From the NCBI GenBank assembly GCA_965215265.1, contig OZ244048.1, positions 4,288,001 through 4,352,000 on the forward strand: a stretch of 64,000 bases of DNA, written 5' to 3'. Positions within the stretch are counted from its first letter, which is position 1; each line of letters starts with the position of its first letter. The stretch comes from Candidatus Poribacteria bacterium. GTDB lineage: Bacteria; Poribacteria; WGA-4E; WGA-3G. Both the position numbers and the translations under genes were made by a program. Below, piece after piece: positions 1 to 10,962 of this stretch. The notes below the pieces were generated by a model that was not told where the DNA came from, did no database searches, and saw only the letters and a list, made by a program, of their open reading frames with translations.

Positions 1-123
1 CGCCTAAAAACAAGAAAATAGGCTAATAACATGGGCGGGCAATATCAGATGCCTTGGTCCGGAGGCAGAAATGCCAGCCGGCAGGTCAATTTTGTTCGCC
101 CGTTACTACTGAGGAACCGATAA

Positions 124-1191
124 TTGAAAAAAGAATACGCCCTTTTCGTATCAGGTACCGAAGGCTACCATACGTTCCGAATTCCTGCACTTGTTGTCTC
201 AAACCGGGGCACGATTTTGTCATTTTGTGAAGGTAGACGCACAGGTGGCGGCGATTCCGGCGATATAGATATCGTCCTAAAACGGAGTTTTGACAACGGA
301 GAGAGTTGGCAGCCGATGCAGGTCGCCGTCTCTACAGGAACCGATACGGACGGAAACCCTGCCCCAGTCGTAGACCGGAATACCGGCACCGTCTGGCTCC
401 TTTTTTGTAAGAATCTTGCCGACGGCGCAGAAGGAAAAATTGTCGCAGGGGAAGCACCCCGCACCGTCTGGGTAACCTCAAGCTTAGACGATGGTGAAAC
501 GTGGGCAGAGCCGAAAGAGATAACCGGCACGACTAAAGCCAATACATGGACATGGTACGCAACCGGGCCCTGCCACGGCATCCAACTGGCAAACGGCAGA
601 TTGGCCATCCCGTGCGACCATGTCGCTGGAAATGAGCGCGACTACGCTCAGTACGGCTATTCACACCTTATCGTCAGCGACGACAAGGGCCAGACGTGGC
701 ACATTGGCGGAAAAGCACAACCCGGTACCAATGAAGCTGTGGTTGTTGAAACCGTGAATAAGGAACTCTATTTCAACTGCCGCAACTACGTCCCGCCGAA
801 GCGGCGTGCGTACGCTTGGAGTACCGATGGCGGCGATACCTTTACCGAATTCGGTTACGCCGAAAATTTGATCGAACCGGTCTGTCAAGCCAGCATGGTA
901 CGCTATACTGATGGCCAGTCGCACGACAAAAACCGTATCCTGTTCTCTAATCCCGCTAGTCTTACGCGGGAGCGCATGACAATCCGCATGAGTTACGATG
1001 AATGCCGCAGTTGGAGTACAGGCAAAGTACTGCACGCGGGGCCCGCCGCCTATTCAGACCTCTGCATTACCTCTGACATGGATATCTGTTGTCTCTATGA
1101 GCGTGGCGAGACTCGGCCCTACGAGACGTTATCCTTCGCTAAGTTTAATTTGGCATGGCTAACAGATGGAACCGATGCATTGGCGATGTGA
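124..1191 (+). CDS. Exo-alpha-sialidase (GH33/BNR family)
   Basis: FRIP motif near the N-terminus, five Asp-boxes (SFDNGESW, SLDDGETW, SDDKGQTW, STDGGDTF, SYDECRSW) and a C-terminal AYSDL...LYE motif. Confidence 0.9.
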   Translation: MKKEYALFVSGTEGYHTFRIPALVVSNRGTILSFCEGRRTGGGDSGDIDIVLKRSFDNGESWQPMQVAVSTGTDTDGNPAPVVDRNTGTVWLLFCKNLADGAEGKIVAGEAPRTVWVTSSLDDGETWAEPKEITGTTKANTWTWYATGPCHGIQLANGRLAIPCDHVAGNERDYAQYGYSHLIVSDDKGQTWHIGGKAQPGTNEAVVVETVNKELYFNCRNYVPPKRRAYAWSTDGGDTFTEFGYAENLIEPVCQASMVRYTDGQSHDKNRILFSNPASLTRERMTIRMSYDECRSWSTGKVLHAGPAAYSDLCITSDMDICCLYERGETRPYETLSFAKFNLAWLTDGTDALAM

Positions 1192-1219
1192 TTTTGTAGA
1201 AGGCATCTCCCGAAAAACT

Positions 1220-1399
1220 TTCTTCCGTCTCAAACCCGATTATGTCAATGCCTACTACAACCGGGGAGTGGTGGAGGCACTCTTAGGGCGCACTAGGGCG
1301 GCGAAGCAAGATTATCAAACAGCACTGAGATTAGCAGAAAAAGCAGGTGATGCGAGTTTGAAAATAGACGTTGAGAAAGCACTCCGGCTCCTTGAATAA
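1220..1399 (+). pseudogene. C-terminal fragment of a TPR protein
   Basis: LKPDYVNAYYNRG...AKQDYQTALRL is one TPR unit; no plausible start or N-terminal part. Confidence 0.6.
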
Positions 1400-1435
1400 A
1401 AATCCGTAGTTCGGACAACAAGTGCACATCGGTCT

Positions 1436-2281
1436 CTACCGTAGATACTCCTCGCCGCGATGTGTCGCAATCCACGTTTTCAGGGGCACGTCCGCGTCCG
1501 TAGGTTGCCACCACCCTTTTATATCTACACCGTCCCCTAGCAGTTGGCGCCGGATCGGGTTGCACTTGGCGAGGAGCTCAGGCGGCATCAGGTTGTAATC
1601 CAAGCCGCGCAGCCAGCGATAACTATATCCCATGAACAGCACCTTCCGCGTGACATCGGAGAAGTTCCAGCCGCGTGAGTGCCAGAGCCGCCGGTCGAAG
1701 AGCACCGCCGTTCCACGTTTAACGAGCAGATCTATCGCGGCATCCGGATCTCCGTCCGGTTCACTTTGCGGCGGTCGGCTGTCAAGTTTATGGCTTCCGG
1801 GAACAATACGCATCGCCCCGTTATCTCTATCCGGTACATCGCTCAACCAGTAACTCACCTTAAGCGAGAGCCGGGGGTGTGGACGTTCCATCTCCGGCAC
1901 CGGTCTACCGCCGTCCTGATGCCAGTGTGCCGCTTTTCGGACGCGCGGTGTCTCCGGCGGTTCAGGCGGATACATGATGAGATGCGAAATGTAGAGTTGG
2001 ATGTTCCACCCCAAAATGTCCCACAGCAACGGGAATACCTTCTTATTGTCGAGCAATTCCAGAAAAATATCGTCTTCAACCACAGTGCAAAACTTTGAGA
2101 GGAGTTTATGTTTTTCGGTGCCGTTTTTCGCCCGCTCTTCCGCATCAATGCGATGCACGACTTCTTCGAGCTTGTCAAGCATGTCCGGTGCAAGGGCATC
2201 CTCTACAACAAGGTAGCCGGTATCGTTGAATGCCTTGAGTTGTTTTTCTGTGGCACAGTAGTTAAGCCAACTGGTGTCCAT
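1436..2281 (-). CDS. Phytanoyl-CoA dioxygenase (PhyH) family Fe(II)/2OG dioxygenase
   Basis: GYLVVEDAL, WHQD, GAMRIVPGSH and LWHSRG motifs. Confidence 0.9.
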   Translation of the reverse strand: MDTSWLNYCATEKQLKAFNDTGYLVVEDALAPDMLDKLEEVVHRIDAEERAKNGTEKHKLLSKFCTVVEDDIFLELLDNKKVFPLLWDILGWNIQLYISHLIMYPPEPPETPRVRKAAHWHQDGGRPVPEMERPHPRLSLKVSYWLSDVPDRDNGAMRIVPGSHKLDSRPPQSEPDGDPDAAIDLLVKRGTAVLFDRRLWHSRGWNFSDVTRKVLFMGYSYRWLRGLDYNLMPPELLAKCNPIRRQLLGDGVDIKGWWQPTDADVPLKTWIATHRGEEYLR

Positions 2282-2339
2282 AGTTGTTTCCTCCGAATGT
2301 GAGGTTCATGATTGGCTGTCTTCCTTAAAGGCACGTTCC

Positions 2340-3089
2340 CTATGGAGCCTTTAACTGCCCCCAGGTCATTGCCAGTTTCCGTTTGGCTTCGACAGCAAAA
2401 GAGATGCCTTCCATATCCTGCTGTATCTGTTTTTGCGTCAAGGCAATATTGAGAATACGCAGCTCATCAAGCACACCATCAAGCCATACGTTCTCATTAG
2501 CTTTCTTGCCGATCCAGACAGGGGCTTGATTCTCGTTAATATTCCCTTTTCGTTCAATTTTTCCGTCTTCTTCCCCATCCAGATAGACGCGAACTTCCGC
2601 ACCGTCGTAGACAAGAGCAAGATGGTGCCATGTGTCTAGTTTCATTGTTGACGCGCCTTGTGCAACGGCAGGGTCGCCGGGGGCAGTATAGACAAACCCA
2701 CGAATGGTCCCGCCCGGCGTATCAAACCCCCAGCCACTTTCAGCGACGGCACCTTTTCGGGCAATTGGCGGATGCCCTGCAGGGAAGGTAGCGGGTTTGA
2801 ACCACGCCTCAATCGTCATTTCATCGCCACCGGGCAATAGACTCTCGTGATGTGGAATTTCAATGAGACTGCTTGTGCCGTTAAAGATTAACCCGCCGCC
2901 GTTTTTACCATCCTCTGTCCATTCCGCATCGGTCAGCTCTCCATGATTTTCCATCGGGGACAGGTCTGTCGCTTCATCGCCGGCCTCTTCATCAAAGAGG
3001 TATAGCAGCACGGTGTTCTCTTCCAGTTCAGCCAAAGCGGTTGATGTGACACAGAGGATAAGCACCAGTATCGTTAAAATACGAGTCAT
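2340..3089 (-). CDS. Secreted LamG/concanavalin A-like domain protein
   Basis: Signal peptide; LYLFDE, TIEAW, WHHLALVYDG...VYLDG, GVLDELRI; C-terminal VEAKRKLAMTWGQLK tail. Confidence 0.85.
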   Translation of the reverse strand: MTRILTILVLILCVTSTALAELEENTVLLYLFDEEAGDEATDLSPMENHGELTDAEWTEDGKNGGGLIFNGTSSLIEIPHHESLLPGGDEMTIEAWFKPATFPAGHPPIARKGAVAESGWGFDTPGGTIRGFVYTAPGDPAVAQGASTMKLDTWHHLALVYDGAEVRVYLDGEEDGKIERKGNINENQAPVWIGKKANENVWLDGVLDELRILNIALTQKQIQQDMEGISFAVEAKRKLAMTWGQLKAP

Positions 3090-3114
3090 TTGGAATACCT
3101 CCTGTCTATAGATC

Positions 3115-3172
3115 GGCAGGGCAAGGTATTCTTGTCTCTCCTTTCAGGAGAGACAAGAATACCGAACCTGCC
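3115..3172. repeat. GGCAGG...CCTGCC long hairpin repeat (family B)
   Basis: GGTATTCTTGTCTCTCC-tttca-GGAGAGACAAGAATACC stem bounded by GGCAGG/CCTGCC; related copies near 33157, 34015, 52989, 57013, 61756 and 63478. Confidence 0.8.
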
Positions 3173-3288
3173 GAATTTTTAATCGTTATATTTTTCTGTG
3201 TCTACAGAAACCTTAGCGGTGGTTATATATTCGTGGAATTAGTTTCCAATCGTTTGAGTTGCTTTCGGAGTTTCGCGAGTTCGATTTC

Positions 3289-3378
3289 TTCGTATACTGG
3301 AGCCCCATCAACGTCTAGGTAATCATAACTCGTGTGAAAATATCGTCTGAGCCGTTCGATGCATTGACTCTAAGACGT
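3289..3378. repeat. Palindromic interspersed element (family A), single arm
   Basis: TTCGTATACTGGAGCCCCATCAACGT...AACTCGTGTGAAAATATCGTCTGAG matches the family A arm. Confidence 0.75.
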
Positions 3379-3997
3379 TCAATCGTGCGGCAGCTTCCTG
3401 CTCGGCTCGTGTTTGTAGCAGCACGTTTGTGCGCCGGTCGTAAATACCGATACCGTTATCAAGCGAGGCGAAATCTAACCCTAAGGTTACTGAGGACAAG
3501 AAGCCATCGGGGCGCGGTGAAATTTTAACGTACGCGCCAGGGACAAGTCGAAACCCGAGCAACGCCGATGGTAGATAACACCGATACGGGTCCGAGAGAA
3601 AGTATTCCTTCACTCCCATAGCGGCGTAGATTTTTTTCTTTCCGGCTAGGTCGTTTTCATAGGTGTTTTCGCTGGCGAATTCCATCACAAAGTCTGGCGG
3701 TTTGCCTTCCTCCCACACTTTGTATACCCGTCGCTCTTGCCGGCCAATGCCGAAGGCCACGAAAATATCGGGCAAAATAAATTTACGACGATCGTCCTTT
3801 TCATAAAACATCATCATATTACTCCAGATGTAGACATCAGGAGTGTCTGCGAAATGGGTTTCTAGGATATCTAACACCTTGATAATCTCTCTGAGATGTC
3901 GCTCGGTTTCAGCAATCGGGTTCCCGTCTGATTCAGGATAAACATCTGCTACATCTGGCGGGGTATATGGGATTTGGGAAACGTTTGCGTATGCCAT
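3323..3997 (-). CDS. Uma2 family putative endonuclease with interrupted C-terminus
   Basis: YPESDG.PIAET..H, PDIFVAFG, PPDFVMEFAS, YAAMGVKEYF; AAGGAG RBS before ATG 3997; original tail EIELAKLRKQLKRLE lies beyond a repeat insertion. Confidence 0.85.
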   Translation of the reverse strand: MAYANVSQIPYTPPDVADVYPESDGNPIAETERHLREIIKVLDILETHFADTPDVYIWSNMMMFYEKDDRRKFILPDIFVAFGIGRQERRVYKVWEEGKPPDFVMEFASENTYENDLAGKKKIYAAMGVKEYFLSDPYRCYLPSALLGFRLVPGAYVKISPRPDGFLSSVTLGLDFASLDNGIGIYDRRTNVLLQTRAEQEAAARLNVLESMHRTAQTIFSHEL

Positions 3998-4172
3998 GAT
4001 TGTATCTCCTTTAGGGACGTTGTCTCTTTTCACTCATCGATTCCTAAATACGTATAAACGCTGTTATGTTAAGTATATCTTCAAGTATCGCGAGTGTCAA
4101 GAAAAAAGAAGATACCATTTTCCGGCCTACAACTGGCTATGAAGCATGCGCATCAAAACTTAGTTCAATAAG

Positions 4173-5387
4173 TTATTCCTCTACCCGTTCAACAATGTCG
4201 CCGGTTTCTCTATCCCGGAAAATCCGTTTGATTCTGCCATCAGGCATCTGCTCGTTTTTGAGGAGCGTGTATCGTTCACCAACGTCGGTCTGTCTTTGTT
4301 GTGTATCGATAACGTCCGTAGACGCACGCCAATCTATGAGCTCGACGGGTTCCCACTGTTTCGACTTGGCGGATTTATAGCAGGCATCGATGATCGCGTT
4401 GACGACGTAACCGTCATAAAACGTCTCGAGAGGTTCTCTGCCGTCATCCATTGCATTGAACATATCTAGAAACATATCCCGGTATCCGAGTTCTGCGACT
4501 TCATCCCCGACCGGAAAGAGCCATCCGGTATCCGTCTCGGCTTTCTCTGCGACGTAACCACCTTGTCCGCTGGCGGTGAACATCTCAAACCCGGTTCGGA
4601 GCCAGTGATTGAGCCAGATAGTGCCTTCGCTGCCAGAGACTTCATCACGCAAATCCATGCCGCCGCGGAATGCCCAACCGACTTCAAATTGCCCCATCGC
4701 CCCACTCTCAAATCGGATAAGCGCTATACCGTGGTCTTCTGCATCGATCGGATGCACGAGAGTGTCTGCCCAGCACATCACCTCAAGCGGTCTGTTATGT
4801 TTTCCGACGAAGTTTCGGATAATCTCGATGCAGTGGCAGCCCATGTCCACGATGGCCCCGCCGCCTGCTTGTTCTAGATCCCAGAACCAATCGCTATGTG
4901 GGCCGGGGTGTGTTTCACGAGAGCGCACCCACAGAATTTTTCCGAGGGCCCCGTTACGCACAGATTCCAATGCTTTGAGGGTTTTGGGCGGGTAAACCAG
5001 ATCTTCGAGATAGCCGCCAAAGACTCCGGCGTTTTCTACAATATCCAACATCTCTTTCGCCTCAGCCGCGGTGCGTCCTAACGGTTTTGTGCAGAGAATC
5101 GCCTTTCCTACCGCTGCAGCGAGTTGCACCGCTTTCAGATGCAAATTATTAGGTAACCCAATGACTACTACATCTGTTTCAGAGTGGTTAATGGCTTCTG
5201 CGAGGTCTGTCGTTGCATTAGGGATGTGCCATTCTTCAGCAAAAGCGTTCGCACGTTCCCCACGGCGCGAGTAAACGACGTGGACGTGGTCTGCGCCACG
5301 TTGATTGTGGAGGGTCATCGTGTAGAACATTCCGATGAGGCCGGTGCCTAACATTGTAATTTTATGGATTTTCAATTCTTCTGGCAT
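4173..5387 (-). CDS. Gfo/Idh/MocA family oxidoreductase
   Basis: GTGLIG Rossmann motif, [17 protein letters not shown]. Confidence 0.9.
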   Translation of the reverse strand: MPEELKIHKITMLGTGLIGMFYTMTLHNQRGADHVHVVYSRRGERANAFAEEWHIPNATTDLAEAINHSETDVVVIGLPNNLHLKAVQLAAAVGKAILCTKPLGRTAAEAKEMLDIVENAGVFGGYLEDLVYPPKTLKALESVRNGALGKILWVRSRETHPGPHSDWFWDLEQAGGGAIVDMGCHCIEIIRNFVGKHNRPLEVMCWADTLVHPIDAEDHGIALIRFESGAMGQFEVGWAFRGGMDLRDEVSGSEGTIWLNHWLRTGFEMFTASGQGGYVAEKAETDTGWLFPVGDEVAELGYRDMFLDMFNAMDDGREPLETFYDGYVVNAIIDACYKSAKSKQWEPVELIDWRASTDVIDTQQRQTDVGERYTLLKNEQMPDGRIKRIFRDRETGDIVERVEE

Positions 5388-5461
5388 AGATTTCTCCTTG
5401 GTCAGCAGAGATCAGGCACGCCTTTCGGGCGCGCCTACCTCGATTTGCATCTAACTGTGTC

Positions 5462-6592
5462 TTACTGCACCGTATACCCGGCAATCACACCCCAATCGTC
5501 AACTACCCAACAGTGGTCTTTGTCTATAGCAGAGACACCCTTGAAGGTGCTACCGCCGCCGCCTGCTTTTTGGGGATTCCATGTTTTGCCACCATCGGTA
5601 GTGTGCAAGACTACGTTGTAAGCACCAACAGCCCAACCTACCATCCCATCGACAAAAATAATATCGTGCAGATCGTCGTGAGAGTTCGTTGCCTGTTGGT
5701 TCCAAGTCTTACCCCCGTCGATGGTGTGTAGAATTAAACCTTCTTGCCCACAAATCCACCCTATATTTGCATCAAGGAAATGGATACCGAAGAGGTTATT
5801 ATCGAAACCTGGATCTTGTTTCTCCCAAGTTTCACCGCCATCGTTCGTCTGCAAGAGTGTTCCAAACGAGCCGATAATCCAGCCTGTGGTAGGAGAGACG
5901 AAGCGGATATTTTCGAGGTTGTTGCGTGTTTCGCCCACTCTTGCACGTTCTGAGCTTCCTACCCAGGTTTCACCGCCATCAGTAGTTTTGAGAATCGTAT
6001 TCTCAGAACCGGCGATGAAACCGACCTCGGCATTAAGCATCTGGATACCCATCAAGTTAGCCCGTATTCCGCGTGCACGTGGGTTTGCCGCCTGGCCGCT
6101 GGATTCACTCCGTGCCATTTTCCGTGCCCAGGTTTTCCCCCCATCCTCAGTCTTCAGAATAGTGCCTCTACCGCCTGTGATGAAGCCGGTCTTTTCGTCA
6201 ATAAAATAGATGTTGTAGAGATCTGCGGGGCCCCCTCTACCGAAACCGGGTGGCGGTCCGCCGCCTGTACCGGGTGCTCCGGCTCTTTGCCTTGCAGCCG
6301 GTGGGCTCATATCAACTTCCATTTTTTCCCAGGTTTTCCCGCCATCATTTGTTACGAGAATCAATCCGCCTTGCCCGACTACCAATCCGTTTTGGTTATT
6401 GGTAAAATGCACGTCTTGTAGCATGGCGTTAATGCCGTCCCCACGAATGATATCGTCTTCGCGGAGGACAGTCCAATCGGCACCTACGGTGGTGTATAGA
6501 AACAGGCATGCGATGCCGATGAGCATCCCTGGAATGTAAGAAGGGACCCGTCTTTTCGCAGACTGTGGCCGGCTGAGAATCGTCCTTACCAT
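5462..6592 (-). CDS. YCF48-related/BNR-repeat beta-propeller secreted protein
   Basis: Repeated G.G.IL.T.DGG(K/E)TW units and an N-terminal hydrophobic segment. Confidence 0.85.
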   Translation of the reverse strand: MVRTILSRPQSAKRRVPSYIPGMLIGIACLFLYTTVGADWTVLREDDIIRGDGINAMLQDVHFTNNQNGLVVGQGGLILVTNDGGKTWEKMEVDMSPPAARQRAGAPGTGGGPPPGFGRGGPADLYNIYFIDEKTGFITGGRGTILKTEDGGKTWARKMARSESSGQAANPRARGIRANLMGIQMLNAEVGFIAGSENTILKTTDGGETWVGSSERARVGETRNNLENIRFVSPTTGWIIGSFGTLLQTNDGGETWEKQDPGFDNNLFGIHFLDANIGWICGQEGLILHTIDGGKTWNQQATNSHDDLHDIIFVDGMVGWAVGAYNVVLHTTDGGKTWNPQKAGGGGSTFKGVSAIDKDHCWVVDDWGVIAGYTVQ

Positions 6593-6715
6593 GGTAATCT
6601 CCTTTTCAATTTCAATCGTGCGGCTTACAACCGCACTTGCTGTGCTCTTATACTAGCGCATTCTTTCACGCTATGAGGCAAGCCTTACTTAAAAAAAATA
6701 AGAAAAGGCTTGCTG

Positions 6716-8947
6716 CTAAGATGCCTGAAAAGCATCATAAATCTGACGCGCTTTATCTTCAACCTTTGCTAGATAATTTTGACAAATAAACCTCTGGTAA
6801 AGTTTGGTTAAATCTCCGCGTGCCTCACCGAATGCCTTGGCAAACCGTCGACACTCTGTTTTATCTGCTCCGGAGGCATAAGCCTTCGTCTTCGCGTCGG
6901 TGCCAGATTTCCGGACCTCAACAAATTTATCGCGAAACTGCAGATAAGTGCCATCGCCTACAAACTGGACATTTTCAAGTGTCGTGAAATCTAGGTTCGG
7001 CAGTGCATCTGTGAGGATCGCACGCGCGTCTGATAGGCTAATTTTACCGTCTCGCAAAGCGATGGCGATACCGAGATAAAACAGGTCGTTTTTGTCGCGT
7101 TTTGCTTCCCCATCACGTTTCGCGGCGCGGAGCTTTTCAGGATTAGGTTCAGATTCGTTGTAATAGGTGATATCCTCACGTACATCGCACGTAGCACTGA
7201 TTTGGTTTTCCGTGAAAACTGCATCGAGATAGTCGGACAAGGAAATGTTCGCTTGCTTACAGTGCGCACCAAGTGCTGTAACAAGCACCATCGCTTCCCC
7301 AGCCGATTTTTCACGCATCGCGAGCGCAGTCCGGCCACCCCGGCTTTGGATGAGCTCTTCGGGACCGGTGATCATTCCGCCGCTCTCTTCGCCTGCAAAA
7401 ATGAGTCGTGGCTGCACGCCCAATGAGATTTTCTCTCCGTAGACATCCTCTACAACAACGGGTGCATTGGGTGAATTGCCAAGTTTCGCCTCAATTTTTT
7501 TCATAATCGCCGCAATCTCTTTGAAGCCAACCGGCACATTAATCACATTAACGCGGTTTGCGGCTCCCCACTGGTCCCATGCGAGTGCAGAAGGTGTCGT
7601 CTTAATCATAAAACGCGGGTAATTCTGCCAAAGTCCTGCAGCTTTCAGTTGCTTCGCGTGAAAGTCCATCAACATGAGAAATGCCTGATTGGGCGTATAA
7701 ATCGTTAAAAGCCGTTCTTCATCGAGCATTAAGAAATCAACACCGAGCAGCTCCAGCGTTTTCGCACGAGCTGCCGCCTCTATTTGACATACGATGAGCC
7801 GGTCGCCATCCGGATCCGTCGCTTCAATGATTGTGCCAACCGGTTGTTGCTTAAGCTTTTCTTCATATTTCGCCGATTTAACCACATCAAGTATGCTAAA
7901 ATCACAGCCCAGGTCATAAAATTCCATGTCGCCTGTCTTTGGGTTCCTGTCAAGCTTCCCGATGCTATGATAGAGCGGATCCGCTTGGACGTGGAGCCAA
8001 TGGATGGAGTCAGCAATGCCCAATCGCTCAAAGATTGCACGCATCGGACGGTACATACATCCGCCAACGCAGTCTACAACGATGGACGGTTTCACCGCAC
8101 GAATGAGTTCGAGATTGGCTATAGTGGCTACGCCGGTTTTGAGGTAACCAACATAGAGCTGCACCCCATCGTGAAGTTCATCCAACCCATCTACATCAAT
8201 GTATTCATCAGTGACCGCGCTAAACGGGATTGAGTATCCCTCCGTTTCGGCAATTTTTAGAATTTCTTCAATCTTATTAACAAACTGCAGTGACTCTTCC
8301 GGCAAATATTGGCTACCCTGATTATTAAGATCCTTGGTAGCGTTTTTCGTACTAACAGAATGGCTTGACGTGACATGCTCACCCCCATCCAGATCAAGCA
8401 TGAAGATGAGAAACGATACCATCCAGATGGGCAAGGTACCGAAATCTTTAGGGACGTAAGTCCGAATTCCTTGTGCGGCTTGGATGCGCGCGATGAACTC
8501 CACATATTTCTCTGAATTATAGCGAACCTCGCGGCCCGCGATTTTTGAAATCGGTTTCCCCGCAGAATGCTCTTTCGCAACAAGGCTTTTCCCTAACGTT
8601 GCCAAAACAATCCCTACCTGATTAATCGGAAACCGGGTATCCCACGGGTATAGAATGTTTTGCTGTCCTCGAATACCGGCGGTTGATACTTGTGCTTCTT
8701 TCGCGTAGTTGCCAAACCATTCCCAGAGGTTCAACAGGTCAATCAATTTCTTATCAAGTTGAAACGCAAATGCCTCCGGCGTATCTTGTGGAAAATATGG
8801 AATTTTGAATTCTTGCGGCGTATTCTGTTCAACCACTGCGAAAAGTTGCTGTTCGGTGAGATCCCTTTTTTCTTTATAACGTTCATCGACTGTGATAACC
8901 ATCAATGCTCCATTTCGAGTGTAGAATTTTAATAAACATTTTATCAT
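6716..8947 (-). CDS. Phosphoglucomutase/phosphomannomutase-like alpha-D-phosphohexomutase (start uncertain)
   Basis: STAGIRG, TSSH phosphoserine loop, DPDGDR metal loop, VGFK, GEESGG, RKSGT. Confidence 0.8.
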   Translation of the reverse strand: MIKCLLKFYTRNGALMVITVDERYKEKRDLTEQQLFAVVEQNTPQEFKIPYFPQDTPEAFAFQLDKKLIDLLNLWEWFGNYAKEAQVSTAGIRGQQNILYPWDTRFPINQVGIVLATLGKSLVAKEHSAGKPISKIAGREVRYNSEKYVEFIARIQAAQGIRTYVPKDFGTLPIWMVSFLIFMLDLDGGEHVTSSHSVSTKNATKDLNNQGSQYLPEESLQFVNKIEEILKIAETEGYSIPFSAVTDEYIDVDGLDELHDGVQLYVGYLKTGVATIANLELIRAVKPSIVVDCVGGCMYRPMRAIFERLGIADSIHWLHVQADPLYHSIGKLDRNPKTGDMEFYDLGCDFSILDVVKSAKYEEKLKQQPVGTIIEATDPDGDRLIVCQIEAAARAKTLELLGVDFLMLDEERLLTIYTPNQAFLMLMDFHAKQLKAAGLWQNYPRFMIKTTPSALAWDQWGAANRVNVINVPVGFKEIAAIMKKIEAKLGNSPNAPVVVEDVYGEKISLGVQPRLIFAGEESGGMITGPEELIQSRGGRTALAMREKSAGEAMVLVTALGAHCKQANISLSDYLDAVFTENQISATCDVREDITYYNESEPNPEKLRAAKRDGEAKRDKNDLFYLGIAIALRDGKISLSDARAILTDALPNLDFTTLENVQFVGDGTYLQFRDKFVEVRKSGTDAKTKAYASGADKTECRRFAKAFGEARGDLTKLYQRFICQNYLAKVEDKARQIYDAFQAS

Positions 8948-9237
8948 AGTTTTACATTTTTTTGTGGAAAAATGTGGAATTCTGCAATAAACTCAATTTT
9001 CACGGAAAGTACAACTTAGGTATCGTGGAAAGTCAATAACAGTATGCCTTGTAAAAAAATACGCATGACATTTTCCCTTGATTCCTATGCAAAGCCGGTC
9101 TAGAGACAATAAAATTTGCTTGAAAAAAAAGGGGAAAACCTGTTTAATAATAGAAACAGGTCTAAAGGTGCGGTGTGGGCTTTAAAACGCCACCCTAGCA
9201 CCGTATTTAACAGAGTACATAGGAGACATAAAATCAG

Positions 9238-9699
9238 ATGGAAATAGAAAAAAGACTTGAAGAATTAGGCATAGAATTACCATCGCCCGCGGTCCCAGTA
9301 GCCAATTACGTTACAACCGTGCAAACAGGAAATCTTGTCTTTACGTCTGGGCACGGCCCCGGCCCCGGCGAGGGTAAAATCTATAAGAGCCAACTCGGCA
9401 CGGATGCAACAATTGAGGAAGGGTACGCCTCTGCACGCCAGGTGGCAATCGGCTTGTTGAGTACCCTCAAACATGCGTTAGGAGATTTAGACCGGGTTAA
9501 ACAGGTTGTTAAGGTTGTGGGATTCGTGAATTCTGCCCCGGATTTCACTGACCAGCCGGCTGTCGTTAACGGTGCATCAGACTTTTTCGTTGAGGTGTTC
9601 GGTGATAAAGGTAAACACGCCCGCTCAGCCGTAGGCATGGTGCAATTACCCGGTGGCATCCCGGTTGAAGTTGAAATGGTTGTTGAAATTGAGGATTAG
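9238..9699 (+). CDS. RidA/YjgF family protein
   Basis: ANYV...GNLVFTSGH, VVNGASD, GKHARSAVG..LP. Confidence 0.9.
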   Translation: MEIEKRLEELGIELPSPAVPVANYVTTVQTGNLVFTSGHGPGPGEGKIYKSQLGTDATIEEGYASARQVAIGLLSTLKHALGDLDRVKQVVKVVGFVNSAPDFTDQPAVVNGASDFFVEVFGDKGKHARSAVGMVQLPGGIPVEVEMVVEIED

Positions 9700-9738
9700 T
9701 TTCACCAACACGTTATTTGTGCATGAAAGAAGGTGACA

Positions 9739-10941
9739 ATGGCAATTCAAATTGTGAAGCCTCGGATTCGTGGGTTTATCTGTACCAACTCGCATCCGGT
9801 TGGCTGTGCGGTTAACGTCCAACACCAAATAGAACTGATTAAACGGAACGTTGCCCATAAACCGACAGAACCAAATGTTCTTGTCATCGGTGCTTCAACG
9901 GGGTACGGACTTGCTTCACGCATTGCATTGACGTGGGGATACGGTGCCAAAACGCTCGGACTCCTCTATGAGAGACCTGCAGATAGCCGGCGCACAGCGA
10001 CTGCGGGCTACTATAACACTGTTGCCTTTCATGAGCAGGCGAGACAAGACGGTTTCTTCGCAACGAGTCTCAACGGAGATGCATTTTCTGATGAGATGAA
10101 ACAGACAACTGTCAGCCACATCCGGGAGAACTTTGGCGAAATAGATGTGCTTGTCTACAGTATCGCCGCGCCGCGCCGCATTCACCCGCGTACTGGAGAA
10201 TCGCATCAGTCTGTCCTGAAGCCGATCGGTGAATCTTATACCGGGAAGACTATCGATCTGAACCGAGAGGTAATTGTTCCTGTGACGATTGAGCCTGCGA
10301 CTCAGACAGAAATTGCGGACACCGTGGCTGTCATGGGCGGCGAAGATCTGGAGATGTGGATGGCGGCTTTGGAAGCTGAAGGATTGCTTGCCCCAGAGGT
10401 AACCGTCGTCGCCTACACCTATATCGGCAGTGCTTTAACCTGGCCAATTTATCGGGATGGTACCATCGGCAAAGCGAAGGATGACCTGAAGGCACGCGTT
10501 GACGCACTTGACGAACGTTTGACAAAAATCCTGGGCGGGCACGCCTATATCTCCGTTAATAAAGCTGTGGTTACGCAGGCATCGGCAGCAATACCAGTTG
10601 TTCCTCTCTACATCAGCATCCTCTACGATATCATGAACACCAAGGGCATCAATGAGGCACCGATCGGGCAGATGCAACGGCTCTTCTCTGAGCACCTCGG
10701 CCCCGGGCTACAGCCACAACTTGATAGCGAACGTTATGTTCGATTGGATGATAGGGAATTGCAGGTAGATGTAACAAACCAGGTCACGGAACGCTGGGAA
10801 CAGATTGATACAAGCAATTTTCATGAACTCTCTGATTACACAGGTTTCAGAAGACGTTTTCGAAACCTATTCGGTTTTGAAGTTGAAGGTGTAAATTACG
10901 ATGAAACTGTAGAGACGGAATTAGCATTTTACAACAATTAA
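9739..10941 (+). CDS. fabV: Enoyl-ACP/trans-2-enoyl-CoA reductase FabV
   Basis: KPRIRGFICT..HP.GC, GASTGYGLASRI, YSIAAPRR, VMGGED, Y..GTIGKAK, VVTQAS.AIP. Confidence 0.9.
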   Translation: MAIQIVKPRIRGFICTNSHPVGCAVNVQHQIELIKRNVAHKPTEPNVLVIGASTGYGLASRIALTWGYGAKTLGLLYERPADSRRTATAGYYNTVAFHEQARQDGFFATSLNGDAFSDEMKQTTVSHIRENFGEIDVLVYSIAAPRRIHPRTGESHQSVLKPIGESYTGKTIDLNREVIVPVTIEPATQTEIADTVAVMGGEDLEMWMAALEAEGLLAPEVTVVAYTYIGSALTWPIYRDGTIGKAKDDLKARVDALDERLTKILGGHAYISVNKAVVTQASAAIPVVPLYISILYDIMNTKGINEAPIGQMQRLFSEHLGPGLQPQLDSERYVRLDDRELQVDVTNQVTERWEQIDTSNFHELSDYTGFRRRFRNLFGFEVEGVNYDETVETELAFYNN

Positions 10942-10962
10942 GCAATAGAGGAACACAAACTT

